64,000 bases of DNA, taken from NCBI GenBank assembly GCA_046482545.1, contig JAWOEX010000013.1, forward strand, positions 1 to 64,000. Reading direction: 5' to 3'. This DNA is from Candidatus Thorarchaeota archaeon (GTDB lineage Archaea > Asgardarchaeota > Thorarchaeia > Thorarchaeales > Thorarchaeaceae). The notes below the pieces were generated by a model. That model did not search any database. It was not told where the DNA came from and was given only the letters and a program-made list of their open reading frames with translations. Positions 39,738 to 50,146 of the stretch are shown piece after piece (within the stretch, counting starts at the first letter, position 1; each line of letters starts with the position of its first letter). Made by a program: the position numbers and the translations under genes.

Positions 39738-40361
39738 ATGTATCATGATGAAGACAGCCAGCTCGTGGTAAAGCCTCAAGAAGTTGTTCAAACCATCCGG
39801 GATGCTCACGAATTTTTCACTGAGGCACGAATTGATGAGCGATATGGAAGCATGGCACTGGATTTGATTCGCCGATACATATCTGAAGAGGGTATGCCGC
39901 GAGAGCTTGACCCTTTCTTCGCTGCAGCACTTTATTTGGTTAGCAGACATCCATGGAGCCATCCAAATCCCTTAACCAAGACTGAATTTGCCAGCAAGTT
40001 TCGCATGAAAGAATCCAGCTTGGAGTGGTATACTGAAAGTATCGTTGAGAAGTTGGATTTCATCATTCTGCATGACAAGAATCACCTCCCTTTTTTCATT
40101 GATTCACAAGGTACCATATCTAGTGTCATGTATTCAGTTGTTAGAATGAGTGTGGGGGAAGCAGTTGTCAACAGTATTGTACGTGGGAGTCCTGTTTCAT
40201 CACATGAGTTGACCGAAAGAATTGTCGATCAGCTCTGTGATGTAGTGAAGATTATTCCTCCAGCATTTCAGCATGAACTTCGAGGCGTAATTAGAAATAG
40301 AATTGAAGCTGAAAGTGAGCGTTTGACTGAGAAGCTGGGTGGGCGGGAAGCAGTCCTCTAA
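39738..40361 (+). CDS. Hypothetical protein with a TFIIB/cyclin-like repeat
   Basis: FAAALYLVSR...LTKTEFA....KESSL resembles a TFIIB core repeat. Confidence 0.55.
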   Translation: MYHDEDSQLVVKPQEVVQTIRDAHEFFTEARIDERYGSMALDLIRRYISEEGMPRELDPFFAAALYLVSRHPWSHPNPLTKTEFASKFRMKESSLEWYTESIVEKLDFIILHDKNHLPFFIDSQGTISSVMYSVVRMSVGEAVVNSIVRGSPVSSHELTERIVDQLCDVVKIIPPAFQHELRGVIRNRIEAESERLTEKLGGREAVL

Positions 40362-40654
40362 CTGTCTTCCGGTTCAACGGTGACATCCTCGACGACCTGT
40401 TTTCCAGCAACAACTTGATCGATTGAGTGTATCACCGCACCAGCTTGTTCAAGGATTTCCTTGATTGTATCGTAGTCGAGGTCATTTCCTTCAAGCGTTA
40501 TTGATATGCTCTCTGTGTTTTGATCAACTTCCTTAACTGTAATATTAGTCCCATTCACACGCTCTTCGCGAGAAAGCATCATGGCCAAATCAGTAACTCT
40601 GGGCGTGTGAGGTTTCAATACATCTAAGACGATTCTTCGTACACCTTGTGGCAA
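40358..40654 (-). CDS. DUF211 family protein
   Basis: RRIVLDVLKPH, G.VIHSIDQV..G. Confidence 0.9.
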   Translation of the reverse strand: MPQGVRRIVLDVLKPHTPRVTDLAMMLSREERVNGTNITVKEVDQNTESISITLEGNDLDYDTIKEILEQAGAVIHSIDQVVAGKQVVEDVTVEPEDS

Positions 40655-40910
40655 CTAGTCTCAAACCCCGATGATGACCGTTTAAGGTCAATTGTACCGT
40701 TGCGACTAGCACTTGACCATTACTGTTTAAAGCTTACTACAGTTGCATCATTATCAAAATATTATTTCTAGGATGCTTCGGCAACTGAATGCCAGCTGGT
40801 TTTTGGCGCGGAAGTGTTCAGCATGTGCCAATTCTTATAATCGTCTATTCCCCGGCCCCTATTGCAACTTGTACTGAGTTGTACAGGGAAGAATCGAAGA
40901 AGGAACCACG

Positions 40911-41231
40911 ATGAGTCAACAGCACAAATTAACTGACAAATCTATTGATACCCAGAATAAAGGAGAATATTCCAAGTTAAAAGCCGATCTAGAAAGAGAG
41001 GTTGAATCATCTAGGCTCGTCGATATTGACCTCAGCGATTTCAAGAGTCACCCCCTTTGGAAAATTTTGGTAGAGACGGCGCGCAGAAATCCGATGTACG
41101 GTGGACTGTGTGGCTATATCCGCAACAGCATTCTAGAGAATGAACCGAATATTGGCGTTAGGGAGCTGGCAAGTCGCCTGTCAATATCCATCGGTGAAGC
41201 CCTTGTCATACTCGACGAGATTCGCAAGTAG
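40911..41231 (+). CDS. Hypothetical protein with possible C-terminal HTH
   Basis: ORF with SD-like GAAGGA; RELASRLSISIGEA segment. Confidence 0.6.
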   Translation: MSQQHKLTDKSIDTQNKGEYSKLKADLEREVESSRLVDIDLSDFKSHPLWKILVETARRNPMYGGLCGYIRNSILENEPNIGVRELASRLSISIGEALVILDEIRK

Positions 41232-41313
41232 TCGTTGACTGCTCTTTCTGCATGTAGCCAACAAACGAACTATAAGTATCTGCAAAACAGTCCTTCTATA
41301 GAAGGAAGCTGCC

Positions 41314-42402
41314 ATGTTAGAACAATCTGAGTTCAGAGATCGCAGGTATGCCAATGCCGTTTTGAAACAGATCAAACAGTTGAGCTCGGGAAAGGCTATC
41401 AGAATTGTTCACGTGTGCGGCACCCATGAACACACTATAAGCCACAATGGCATACGTACAATTCTACCAGATGAAATCGAGCTAGTTGCAGGCCCTGGCT
41501 GTCCAGTTTGTGTATGTGCGGCTGAAGATATTGACAAGGCTATAGAACTAGCAAGACGTGACCATATTATTACAACCTTTGGTGACATGATGCGAGTTCC
41601 AGCTACTGACTCAACGCTTGCTGAGGAACGAACAGCTGGTGCTGACGTTAGGGTTGTCTACGGACCGAATGATGCAGTAGAAATTGCAAGAAAGAACCCT
41701 GATAGAAAAACTATCTTCGTCGGTGTTGGTTTCGAAACTACGGCCCCTACAATCGGAGTAGAAATTATGAGAGGCCCTCCTGATAATCTCTCGATACTGA
41801 CATCACTCAAGTTGATACCTCCTGCGATGCATCTGCTGGTCAACTTGGAAGGATTCGACGTGGATGGCTTCATAACTCCGGGTCACGTATCTACTATCAT
41901 TGGAACTGAAGTGTATCAGAGTATCGCCGAGGAACACAATGTCCCCTGTGTTGCAGCCGGTTTCGAACCTTTAGATGTATTAGAATCAATCAGAATGATC
42001 CTGATTCAGATTAGAGAGGGAAGGACGGATTCAGAGAATGAATATTCGCGGGTTGTTCGCCCTCAAGGGAATCCCGCTGCTCGGAAAATCCTTGAAGACG
42101 CTTTCAAGATTGATGATGCTCCTTGGCGAGGCCTTGGTGTCATCGCGGATTCAGGATACTACATTAGAGACGAATTCTCAGAACATGATACAAGAAAACA
42201 GTTCGACTTCCCGCAGAAGGAATCCGTAGACATACTACCTGGTTGTGTCTGTCACGAGGTTATCTTGGGTATGACAGATCCCGTTGAATGCAGACTCTTC
42301 GGAACGCGTTGTACGCCGGATAATCCCTATGGTCCATGCATGGTGGGATATGAAGGGACATGCAGAATCAGGGCCGAAAGCATGGCTCTCCAGCAAGATT
42401 AG
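41314..42402 (+). CDS. hypD: Hydrogenase maturation protein HypD
   Basis: HVCGTH, GPGCPVC, GFETT, PGHVS, GPCMV..EGTC. Confidence 0.97.
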   Translation: MLEQSEFRDRRYANAVLKQIKQLSSGKAIRIVHVCGTHEHTISHNGIRTILPDEIELVAGPGCPVCVCAAEDIDKAIELARRDHIITTFGDMMRVPATDSTLAEERTAGADVRVVYGPNDAVEIARKNPDRKTIFVGVGFETTAPTIGVEIMRGPPDNLSILTSLKLIPPAMHLLVNLEGFDVDGFITPGHVSTIIGTEVYQSIAEEHNVPCVAAGFEPLDVLESIRMILIQIREGRTDSENEYSRVVRPQGNPAARKILEDAFKIDDAPWRGLGVIADSGYYIRDEFSEHDTRKQFDFPQKESVDILPGCVCHEVILGMTDPVECRLFGTRCTPDNPYGPCMVGYEGTCRIRAESMALQQD

Positions 42403-42415
42403 TGACATATGGGTG

Positions 42416-43027
42416 TCAAAAACTCTCAAATTGAAGTAGCTCTTCTCTGGTATTCGCATTCTTGAAGCTGTCGAGGCTAGGATCTACCTGTTTTAAGATT
42501 TCCACAGAAACGAATAAGACATCTTCTAGTGCATTCACAAGGTCTCTCATCTTGAGTGATTGACTATCAAGCAACCTCTTGGCCTTGGAAGCTGCTGATG
42601 TAGTCTTGTATATTGAATGGAGCGGTTCAATGTATCCTGAAGGCCATAGCGGTACCACTGCATCATGATTGTTTCGGAGCCCCAGAATCAGTTCAATAAG
42701 AGGGGGTTTCAGCAGAGGTGTGTCGACTGGAAGCAACTGACAGAATTGCTCTTCACAGGATGTGAAGGCAGCCAGTGCCGCAGTGAGTGGACAACCGGGA
42801 TACCCGTCTGAATCGAGGACTACAGGAATATTGTTGATAAGCGGCTGAATCTGCTGTTTTTGTTTGTCGTTTGACACAACAACAAATACCGAGTTGGAAA
42901 TCTTCTGTGCAAGCTCAACCATGTGTGAGATGAGTGGGTTTTGATGGAATCTTGCCAATGATTTGTTGCTATGAAACCTATTTGATTGTCCTCCACTGAG
43001 TATTGCAAGACAAGTATCACTCTCCAT
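42416..43027 (-). CDS. mobA: Molybdenum cofactor guanylyltransferase
   Basis: ILSGGQSNRF..NK, PVDTP, EPLHSIY, N.NT.EEL. Confidence 0.88.
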   Translation of the reverse strand: MESDTCLAILSGGQSNRFHSNKSLARFHQNPLISHMVELAQKISNSVFVVVSNDKQKQQIQPLINNIPVVLDSDGYPGCPLTAALAAFTSCEEQFCQLLPVDTPLLKPPLIELILGLRNNHDAVVPLWPSGYIEPLHSIYKTTSAASKAKRLLDSQSLKMRDLVNALEDVLFVSVEILKQVDPSLDSFKNANTREELLQFESF

Positions 43028-43360
43028 TGTAGACTCCCCAGGTTGGAGCACAATCAGTCAATTTGCGTGAATACAACAAGTCAATCTTGCCGCGGCACAT
43101 GGATAGTCATAAGGATTGCTTATCTCCTTATATTTTCCTCTTAGTACCTTGATAAGATACTCATCTATCATGGCCAAAATCTATCCGCCAATATAGTGCT
43201 GTGATGATATAGCGGCGCTTTGGCTAGCCGATATAAAACACAAACAGGCCGCTTTCTTCCCCTTGTCTGAAAAATTTGCTATTGATTACTACCCTCTCAG
43301 TACTCTTTTTACCCACCAAAGAGATAAAAAGAGTAGTTGAGGGCCAAAATCTGAGCTACG

Positions 43361-44134
43361 ATGCCCGGCAAGGTGTGGAACTATATCACAGAAAAGCTGG
43401 ATACTGATGGAGCCCTTCACTTCTCACTGCTCGATCCAGACCCGCTGAAGATGACTGCTGAAAAATGCATTGAACTAGCCACCATAGCTGAGGATGCAGG
43501 TACTGATGCCATAATGGTTGGTGGCAGTACGATATTCGGGGTAGTTGACCCTGTTGTAGAGGCCGTTACCGAAGCCCTAGATATTCCGACTATTCTCTTC
43601 CCTGGTAACATAACCGGCGTGTCAGAGCACGCTGATGCAATGTTCTTCATGAGTCTTCTAAACAGCACCAATCCGTATTGGATTATAGGGGCACAGGCAT
43701 TGGGTGCAGGTAAGGTTAGGCTTTCTGGCATTGAAACCATTCCCATGGGCTATCTCCTTATCGAGCCTGGTAAGACCGCAGCTTGGGTGGGTGACGCGAA
43801 GTGCTTTCCGAGAGACAAACCAAAACTTGTTCTTATGTACGCGCTAGCTGCTCAATTCATGGGTTTTGATCTGGTGTATCTAGAGGCTGGCAGTGGTGCA
43901 GAGGGCGGTGGCGTACCTACTGAAATTATTCAAACGGTGGATCAATATTGTGAACTACCGATAATTACAGGAGGCGGCTGCAACGACCGAGAATCAGCTG
44001 TTAGATTGGTAGAGGCCGGAGCCTCAATTGTGGTGCAGGGCACCTACATTGAAGAAAACTGCCGCGAAGACCGAGGTAAAGGCTTGGCTACCATCATTGA
44101 AGGTCTTAAAGATGCAGCTTCGGACCGTGTATGA
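43361..44134 (+). CDS. Geranylgeranylglyceryl phosphate synthase
   Basis: LLDPD, IMVGGS, ILFPG, FMSLLNS, YLEAGSG. Confidence 0.95.
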   Translation: MPGKVWNYITEKLDTDGALHFSLLDPDPLKMTAEKCIELATIAEDAGTDAIMVGGSTIFGVVDPVVEAVTEALDIPTILFPGNITGVSEHADAMFFMSLLNSTNPYWIIGAQALGAGKVRLSGIETIPMGYLLIEPGKTAAWVGDAKCFPRDKPKLVLMYALAAQFMGFDLVYLEAGSGAEGGGVPTEIIQTVDQYCELPIITGGGCNDRESAVRLVEAGASIVVQGTYIEENCREDRGKGLATIIEGLKDAASDRV

Positions 44135-44196
44135 GGATTGTTTAAATAGTCTGAACATGTGAAACAGTCTCAGATGCATCGGGAGGATTTGGAATC

Positions 44197-44589
44197 TTGT
44201 CAGCTAAGACCGAAATGCTCAGAGAACTGCTTGAGGACTTAAGCCGTGCCTCCCAAGGCAATATTGAGGCCAGTATCATAATATCGCGATCGCAGGGCCT
44301 TCCAATTTACAGCTGGTTTCCGGAAGATTCTTCTGATGATGTACCCACTGAAGATGTGATTGCGGGGCGATCAATGCAGATTCAAATGGAGACAAGGAAG
44401 GTATTCAAAGAGCTGGAACGGGGCTCTATGGTGCGAATGCTTGTCGAAGGGAACAATGGGTACGCTATAATCTGCGGAGCCGGCGATGAGGCGATTCTTG
44501 CGGTATTAACCAACAAGAGAGTTAACCTCGGCTATCTTTTCTTTATGATGTCTCGCATAGCAAAAGGGATTGAATCCGCTCTCGCATAG
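44197..44589 (+). CDS. Roadblock/LC7 domain protein
   Basis: IEASIIIS..GLPI, G...MLVEG.NGY, NLGYLF. Confidence 0.85.
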   Translation: MSAKTEMLRELLEDLSRASQGNIEASIIISRSQGLPIYSWFPEDSSDDVPTEDVIAGRSMQIQMETRKVFKELERGSMVRMLVEGNNGYAIICGAGDEAILAVLTNKRVNLGYLFFMMSRIAKGIESALA

Positions 44590-44593
44590 ATAT

Positions 44594-44608
44594 GTAACCT
44601 GTTTCTTA
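44594..44608. repeat. Partial copy of the dispersed motif
   Basis: GTAACCTGTTTCTTA, a 14-nt identity with the element end; the hairpin has decayed. Confidence 0.5.
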
Positions 44609-44735
44609 AAGATGAATTCACTCTGTTCTTTGTTGTGAGGGATATTTGTTCCTCGTGCTTTCAACCGTTCCACAATTCTTTAATTGCCTTTGAATGCATG
44701 CTTTTTGTGAGTCGGCCTCTCAGACGGTGACTGTT

Positions 44736-45668
44736 GTGTCGGAAGAAGAAAAGAATACTACAAATGAAGAAGAACAGGACGAGGACGAATGGGCCAAGTG
44801 GAAAGAAGCGGGCATTGTAGCTAATGAAGCTCTAGATATTGCACGTGAGATGATTGAACCAGGTACCAAAGTCCTCGATATTGTTGAGGCTGTTGAGAGC
44901 TACATTTTGGAGAATGCCAGTGGGATATCTTTCCCATGCAATGTTGCCATCAACAACGTTGCCGCACACTATACCTCTCCCCTCGGCGATGAAACCGTTA
45001 TAGAAGAAGGCGATCTCGTGACTATCGACTGTGGAGCACACATCGATGGATGTATTTCAGATTCTGCCTTTACTATTGCTCTTAATCCCGATCATGAGGA
45101 TTTGGTTCAGGCGTCAGTGGATGCCACGAATGTTGCTATCAAGATGTTTCGACCTGGTGCTAAGCTCAATACGATTGGGGCTCTGATAGAACAGACAATC
45201 GAGGATGCAGGCTTTAAACCAGTGAAGCAGCTAACCGGACATCAACTGAGAGAATACGAGCTCCACGCAGAGAAGCAAGTGCCATGTGTATCAGGCAAAT
45301 CCGAAGTGAAAATTGAGGAAGGAGAGATCTATGCGGTCGAAACCTTCGCGAGCACTGGGGCAGGGAATGTTACTGATGGTCCCGATGCGTTTATCTATCA
45401 ACTCCTGCCTGTACGCGTGCCTGTACGGTTCAGAGGATCCAAGAAGTTCTTGGCCATTGCTCGAAGTGAATATGGTGAATTCCCTTTTGCGGAGCGCTGG
45501 CTGGCAAAAGAAATGAAGCACGCATCACTCAAAATGGCAATCAGAGAGCTGGAAAAGAATGGCGTGCTTATCGGTCATAATGTTTTGTCTGAGAAAGAAG
45601 GCGAGTTGGTTTCTCAGCACGAACACACCGTCATAGTCACCGAGGACGGTTACCTCCAGACTACCTAG
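44736..45668 (+). CDS. map: Methionine aminopeptidase type II
   Basis: AAHYT, D.GAHIDG.ISDSA, LTGH, AVETF, QHEHT. Confidence 0.96.
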   Translation: MSEEEKNTTNEEEQDEDEWAKWKEAGIVANEALDIAREMIEPGTKVLDIVEAVESYILENASGISFPCNVAINNVAAHYTSPLGDETVIEEGDLVTIDCGAHIDGCISDSAFTIALNPDHEDLVQASVDATNVAIKMFRPGAKLNTIGALIEQTIEDAGFKPVKQLTGHQLREYELHAEKQVPCVSGKSEVKIEEGEIYAVETFASTGAGNVTDGPDAFIYQLLPVRVPVRFRGSKKFLAIARSEYGEFPFAERWLAKEMKHASLKMAIRELEKNGVLIGHNVLSEKEGELVSQHEHTVIVTEDGYLQTT

Positions 45669-45858
45669 TCATCTGTAAAATTCTGAGAGGCCAAAAATAT
45701 ACTCTCCTAGACTAGGTACCGCTACTATTATTCAAAGGTTCAACAGATACCAGTTAGAGACCCATGTTATGGTATATTCTGGCCTATCACTTGTTCGAAA
45801 CATGGACCACTACACAGCTTCAACTGAATCGTTTACGGAAGCTATGAGAAAGACAGCA

Positions 45859-46218
45859 CTATCGTCTTCCCTGTCTATGGCTCCAGTCTATTTTGATTTT
45901 CTCGGGCGGAAAACCTAAATCCGATAGCACATCTTCAATTCTGCCACGATGATCACCCTGTAGTTCAATGTGACCATGTTTGGCAGCACCTCCACATGCT
46001 AGTTTACTCTTCAGCTGTGAAGAAAGATCGTCGAGATCTATGTTCTTATCGAAATTGCTCACAATAGTATACATTCTTCCCCATTTTCGGCGCTCGACGG
46101 TTACTTCTATCTGTGCCTCTTCTTGTGCAATAGTCTCACAAACGCACAAGTCTTTCGGTAATCCGCAGTTTGGACATATGCCACCTTCGTCTTCGCTCAG
46201 TAAAAATTCCACCTTCAT
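45859..46218 (-). CDS. Translation initiation factor aIF1/SUI1
   Basis: CGLPKDLCVC, LKSKLACGG, IELQGDH. Confidence 0.95.
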   Translation of the reverse strand: MKVEFLLSEDEGGICPNCGLPKDLCVCETIAQEEAQIEVTVERRKWGRMYTIVSNFDKNIDLDDLSSQLKSKLACGGAAKHGHIELQGDHRGRIEDVLSDLGFPPEKIKIDWSHRQGRR

Positions 46219-46294
46219 TCTTAGGTTCTTATTTGCTTGGGTGTTTACGCGCAATCATGGCATATAAGTGCTACCAACTAATAGATGTACATCC

Positions 46295-47881
46295 ATGACT
46301 CAGAAGACTCTGATTGTTGACGCCTTAGCCGCGGGTTCAGGAAAGCGAACCAGTTCAAGGGACTCCATTGGCTGTGGACCGAGAAGCATTGCAGGCATAT
46401 TTGAGAAAAGCGACATACCGTGCAGAATCAAACGAGCTGAAGAATTACTTCAAAAACCTGCCCGGATGAAGAGGTTCTCCCACATCGCTATTTCAGCCAT
46501 GACCATGGACCTGCCGGCTACCCAATCTCTCATTGGATTATGGCGCTATCGTCAACCATCCGGCAAAGTGATTCTGGGGGGTCCCATCACACAAGCACCG
46601 GAACACATACTTAAATCATTGAAGCCAGATGTGCTTGTTGTGGGTGAAGGGGAAGCTACCCTTGATGAACTACTCTCTGCTGGATTCCTTGAAGGTTCTG
46701 TTTCACTATCCTCCATAGACGGAATCGGTTACTTGGAAGAAGGCAAACCGGTACTTACAGATCCTCGCACACCCCTTTCTGAGCGGGATATTTCCAAAAC
46801 ATACATTCCCTCAACTGTACGAATCGTTGACTACACGACCTACCCTGCAGCGAAGGTGTATGTAGAAACTGTTAGAGGTTGCTCCAACTTCAATCGAACG
46901 AGGATTCAACTACCTGACGGAAGAAAATGTTCAGAGTGTGGAAATTGCGATTCGGATAATCCCCGTGTGCGAATGAATTGCCCTGAAGGAATTCCGCCAG
47001 GTTGCGGGTTCTGCAGCGTGCCCTCTGTATGGGGACCTCCTAGGAGCAGGTCTGCGAATTCGATTGTAGACGAGGTTCAAGAGCTTCTAGAATTGGGTGT
47101 TCATAGGATTGTTTTGGAGGCTCCGGGTTTCTTGGACTATTTTCGTGGAAGATATCCTCTAACGAATCCATGCAATCCGCCACCGAATTTGGATGCTATA
47201 TCCGATCTTCTGGACCGCCTATCCGCATTGCCACAGTTTGCGAATGGAACAGCTCACTTGAGTATCGAGAACATCAAGGCTTGCCTGTTCGATGAGAGTG
47301 TCGCACAGATTCTTTCACAAACGGTTCCAGAGACCTCTCCCAACATAGGTCTTGAAACGGGATCTGAAGAACACCGTCAGAGAATTGGAAAATGTGGTAC
47401 TATATCCGGTGTGCTAGATGCTGTCGAAGTGGCTTCTGAGTACAATCTCAATCCGTATGTCTACTTAATCTATGGGTTGCCGGGTGAAACTAAGGAAACC
47501 GTGGCAGAGTCAATCAAGCTCATGCACAAGCTTCACGAAGCCGGAACAAGGCGCATAATCCTTTATGGTTTTCGTCCGTTACCCAGTTCAGCGTTCGAGT
47601 CCTTTCCACCTCCACAAGTGGGCGAGCCGGTGACAAAGCAATTGAGGAAGGAGGCTGCCCGGATTAACCGATATGAGAAGCAGTCCTATATGGGAAAAAC
47701 AATTCGAGGCGTTGCAGCCGAACCTTCTTGGTCACGTCATGGTTACACTATGGTCTACCCTCTCGGAGAGGGACCAATCATCACCGTTCATGGTGGATTC
47801 ACTCCTGGCACACTACTCGACGTAAAAATCACTGATGTTTTGAGTGAGAATCTTCTTGCGGGTAAAGTTGTACGTTCTTGA
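46295..47881 (+). CDS. B12-binding-like radical SAM protein with TRAM domain
   Basis: LGGP, GEGE, E.VRGCSNF-[insert]-GCGFC, GLETGS, GLPGE. Confidence 0.88.
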   Translation: MTQKTLIVDALAAGSGKRTSSRDSIGCGPRSIAGIFEKSDIPCRIKRAEELLQKPARMKRFSHIAISAMTMDLPATQSLIGLWRYRQPSGKVILGGPITQAPEHILKSLKPDVLVVGEGEATLDELLSAGFLEGSVSLSSIDGIGYLEEGKPVLTDPRTPLSERDISKTYIPSTVRIVDYTTYPAAKVYVETVRGCSNFNRTRIQLPDGRKCSECGNCDSDNPRVRMNCPEGIPPGCGFCSVPSVWGPPRSRSANSIVDEVQELLELGVHRIVLEAPGFLDYFRGRYPLTNPCNPPPNLDAISDLLDRLSALPQFANGTAHLSIENIKACLFDESVAQILSQTVPETSPNIGLETGSEEHRQRIGKCGTISGVLDAVEVASEYNLNPYVYLIYGLPGETKETVAESIKLMHKLHEAGTRRIILYGFRPLPSSAFESFPPPQVGEPVTKQLRKEAARINRYEKQSYMGKTIRGVAAEPSWSRHGYTMVYPLGEGPIITVHGGFTPGTLLDVKITDVLSENLLAGKVVRS

Positions 47882-48024
47882 CCGTAGTCTCATTCTTTCT
47901 CAGAGTATAGTTTGTGCAACGCTAAGCAAAGCTTCATATGTCCAAAATCAGCTCCTTTGTCTGTGGTTACTATCAGCTAGATGTTGCCACATTTTACATA
48001 ATAGCACAGGATGGTTATCCAATA

Positions 48025-48168
48025 ATGGTCTACGTATGTCGCAAATGCAGGAAAGAAGTCACTACCGAAGGTCTAGAAACCTTGCCGGGTGTCAAATGTC
48101 CATATTGCGGTAGCAGAATCCTATACAAGGTACGCCCTCCAGTAGTTAAGCGAGTCAAGGGAGTCTAA
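48025..48168 (+). CDS. rpoP: RNA polymerase subunit Rpo12 (P)
   Basis: YVCRKC...KCPYCGSRILYKVRP. Confidence 0.93.
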   Translation: MVYVCRKCRKEVTTEGLETLPGVKCPYCGSRILYKVRPPVVKRVKGV

Positions 48169-48289
48169 CCCTCCTTTTCCGCCTTCTATGGCTTGAATAT
48201 GAGATAGGCAGCAGCCACAACTGATGCCAAAAACAGTAACACCAATAGAAATGACATTATCTTCCGCTTTAGACTATATCTCATGAACT

Positions 48290-49249
48290 CTATTCCTCCT
48301 TTTCAACAAGAATGTCTCCAACCTTTCTGAGGTCTTCGATTCCTCTGATCTCTTCTTCGTACAAAGGTAGCTCTGTAATGTGCATATCATGAAAGAGATC
48401 TCTAATATCAGCTAGGTTTCTTTGCTGCATTTCACGACGATGACTGCAAAAGGTACAGTCTGGATTGGGGGGGACAATCTGGTTTACTATTATATTGTCC
48501 GAAGGAATGTCCCATGCTGCAAGACTCCCGAGCAGGCGCTGGGTTTCAAATACTGCCATGGCTTCGGGAATCATGACAACAACAAACTGGGTAATATCCG
48601 GATTGGACAATTCATCTCGTGCTAGTTTGATTTTTTCCTTTGTTTGCTGGAGCATTTGCCATGATGTATCTTCTTGTTCTTGATTTCCGAACATGCCTTT
48701 CAAACCAGACATCATTGAGCTAAGCCGTTGCCTGAGTGTCATGATTCTCCCTAACCAACTGTCTAACAAATCTGGCAGTTCCAGAAGCTTCAGGGTGTGG
48801 CCCGTTGGAGCTGTATCGAAAATCACCCGGTCATAGGAAGCATCTTCCACAAATTCCAGAATCTTACCAAATGCCATCGCCTCATCTGATCCTGGCGGCG
48901 ACATTCCCCCCATATCTCCCATAAGCTGAGATGCCATCTGGCCTTCAGCACCAGCAGTTCCAGATCCTAGCATATCCTGAAACTGTTGCATCCCCTTGTC
49001 CGTATCAATTTCCATTCCCCAGAGCTTATCCACACCTTCAATTGGTATGACATCACCCCCAGATAGGTTCTGATTAAAGCTGTCACTGAGACTATGGGCT
49101 GGGTCAGTAGATAACACCAATGTACGGAAACCATGTTCTGCAGAAAGAAGGGCCATTGCTCCCGCGCAGGTTGTCTTTCCGACACCACCTTTACCACCTG
49201 AAAGGATGAATCGCACAGTATCATTGTATACAATGTCATGCAGGGTCAT
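48290..49249 (-). CDS. ArsA/Get3 (TRC40)-family ATPase
   Basis: GGKGGVGKTT, STDPAHSL, FDTAPTGHT, CxxC; single ATPase domain. Confidence 0.93.
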   Translation of the reverse strand: MTLHDIVYNDTVRFILSGGKGGVGKTTCAGAMALLSAEHGFRTLVLSTDPAHSLSDSFNQNLSGGDVIPIEGVDKLWGMEIDTDKGMQQFQDMLGSGTAGAEGQMASQLMGDMGGMSPPGSDEAMAFGKILEFVEDASYDRVIFDTAPTGHTLKLLELPDLLDSWLGRIMTLRQRLSSMMSGLKGMFGNQEQEDTSWQMLQQTKEKIKLARDELSNPDITQFVVVMIPEAMAVFETQRLLGSLAAWDIPSDNIIVNQIVPPNPDCTFCSHRREMQQRNLADIRDLFHDMHITELPLYEEEIRGIEDLRKVGDILVEKEE

Positions 49250-49423
49250 CAGTGGACTCCACTTGGAATCTCCTGTACAGTAGTCTATTAATTCTTTCAT
49301 CAAAGCTATTTTCGAGAAAGACAGTCATCTTGCTCGTATCCGTTTGAGGTAACCTTTAAGCCGGGCCATTTCACGTCAACACCCCGGTAGCAATACCCCC
49401 GAAGACCAAAGAGGAAAAACCTG

Positions 49424-50146
49424 ATGTCATTTCCACAGATTAGAACCTATCCGCAGGAGTTCACGTCTACCCTTCTCAGCCTGCTGAATGTGGAATCACC
49501 GGGTTTTCTACCATCCCCCAATAATGAGTTGATGGAACGGTTTAATCCTAACTCAATTTTCCTTATCATGATTGACAACTTCGGCCTGTTCGAAGCCGTT
49601 GTGTACAAGCCCGAGGCCCTGATTAAGAAGCTCGAGGCCGTAGCCGTCTTGGAGACTGAAGAGCCCTACGCCATACCCCTTATTGACACAATTCTGAATG
49701 GTCCTGAAGAACAGGAATTCAACCTCTTACAGCATGTCTCTGGGAGTGGTAAAGTAGTACAGGCCATCTGTCGAGAGGACGACCAGAAACAGTTCGGTCT
49801 TGACCCGTTGTTCACCATAACTATCAGAAACGATATGTCTGCTTACGTCGAGTCTACGAAACACATCTTCCGAAGCCAGCTACTTTACGTGCACTTCCTT
49901 GATTTTGAAAGCCTATACGCAAAACACGGGCATCGTACACCTCCGAAGAAGCTCTTGAAGAAAATAGTACGACGTACCGATAACTGGATCAAAGTCTTCT
50001 GGAGACAGGCTCGGAAAGACACTCTTTTCGTCGTAGTAGGCAATCACGGTAGGACCAAGATTCCACTTGATTATGATGACAAGTTGGCTGAGTGGCGTAA
50101 TGCCAACGCTCCCATAGCCGTGATGTTCCAGAAGCGAACTAAATAG
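49424..50146 (+). CDS. Hypothetical alkaline-phosphatase-superfamily-like protein
   Basis: LIMIDNFG, D...HG and VGNHG motif remnants. Confidence 0.55.
   Translation: MSFPQIRTYPQEFTSTLLSLLNVESPGFLPSPNNELMERFNPNSIFLIMIDNFGLFEAVVYKPEALIKKLEAVAVLETEEPYAIPLIDTILNGPEEQEFNLLQHVSGSGKVVQAICREDDQKQFGLDPLFTITIRNDMSAYVESTKHIFRSQLLYVHFLDFESLYAKHGHRTPPKKLLKKIVRRTDNWIKVFWRQARKDTLFVVVGNHGRTKIPLDYDDKLAEWRNANAPIAVMFQKRTK

Noticed and set aside
40668-40730. Possible C/D box sRNA (ATGATGA)
   Set aside because: No well-spaced CTGA D or D' boxes.
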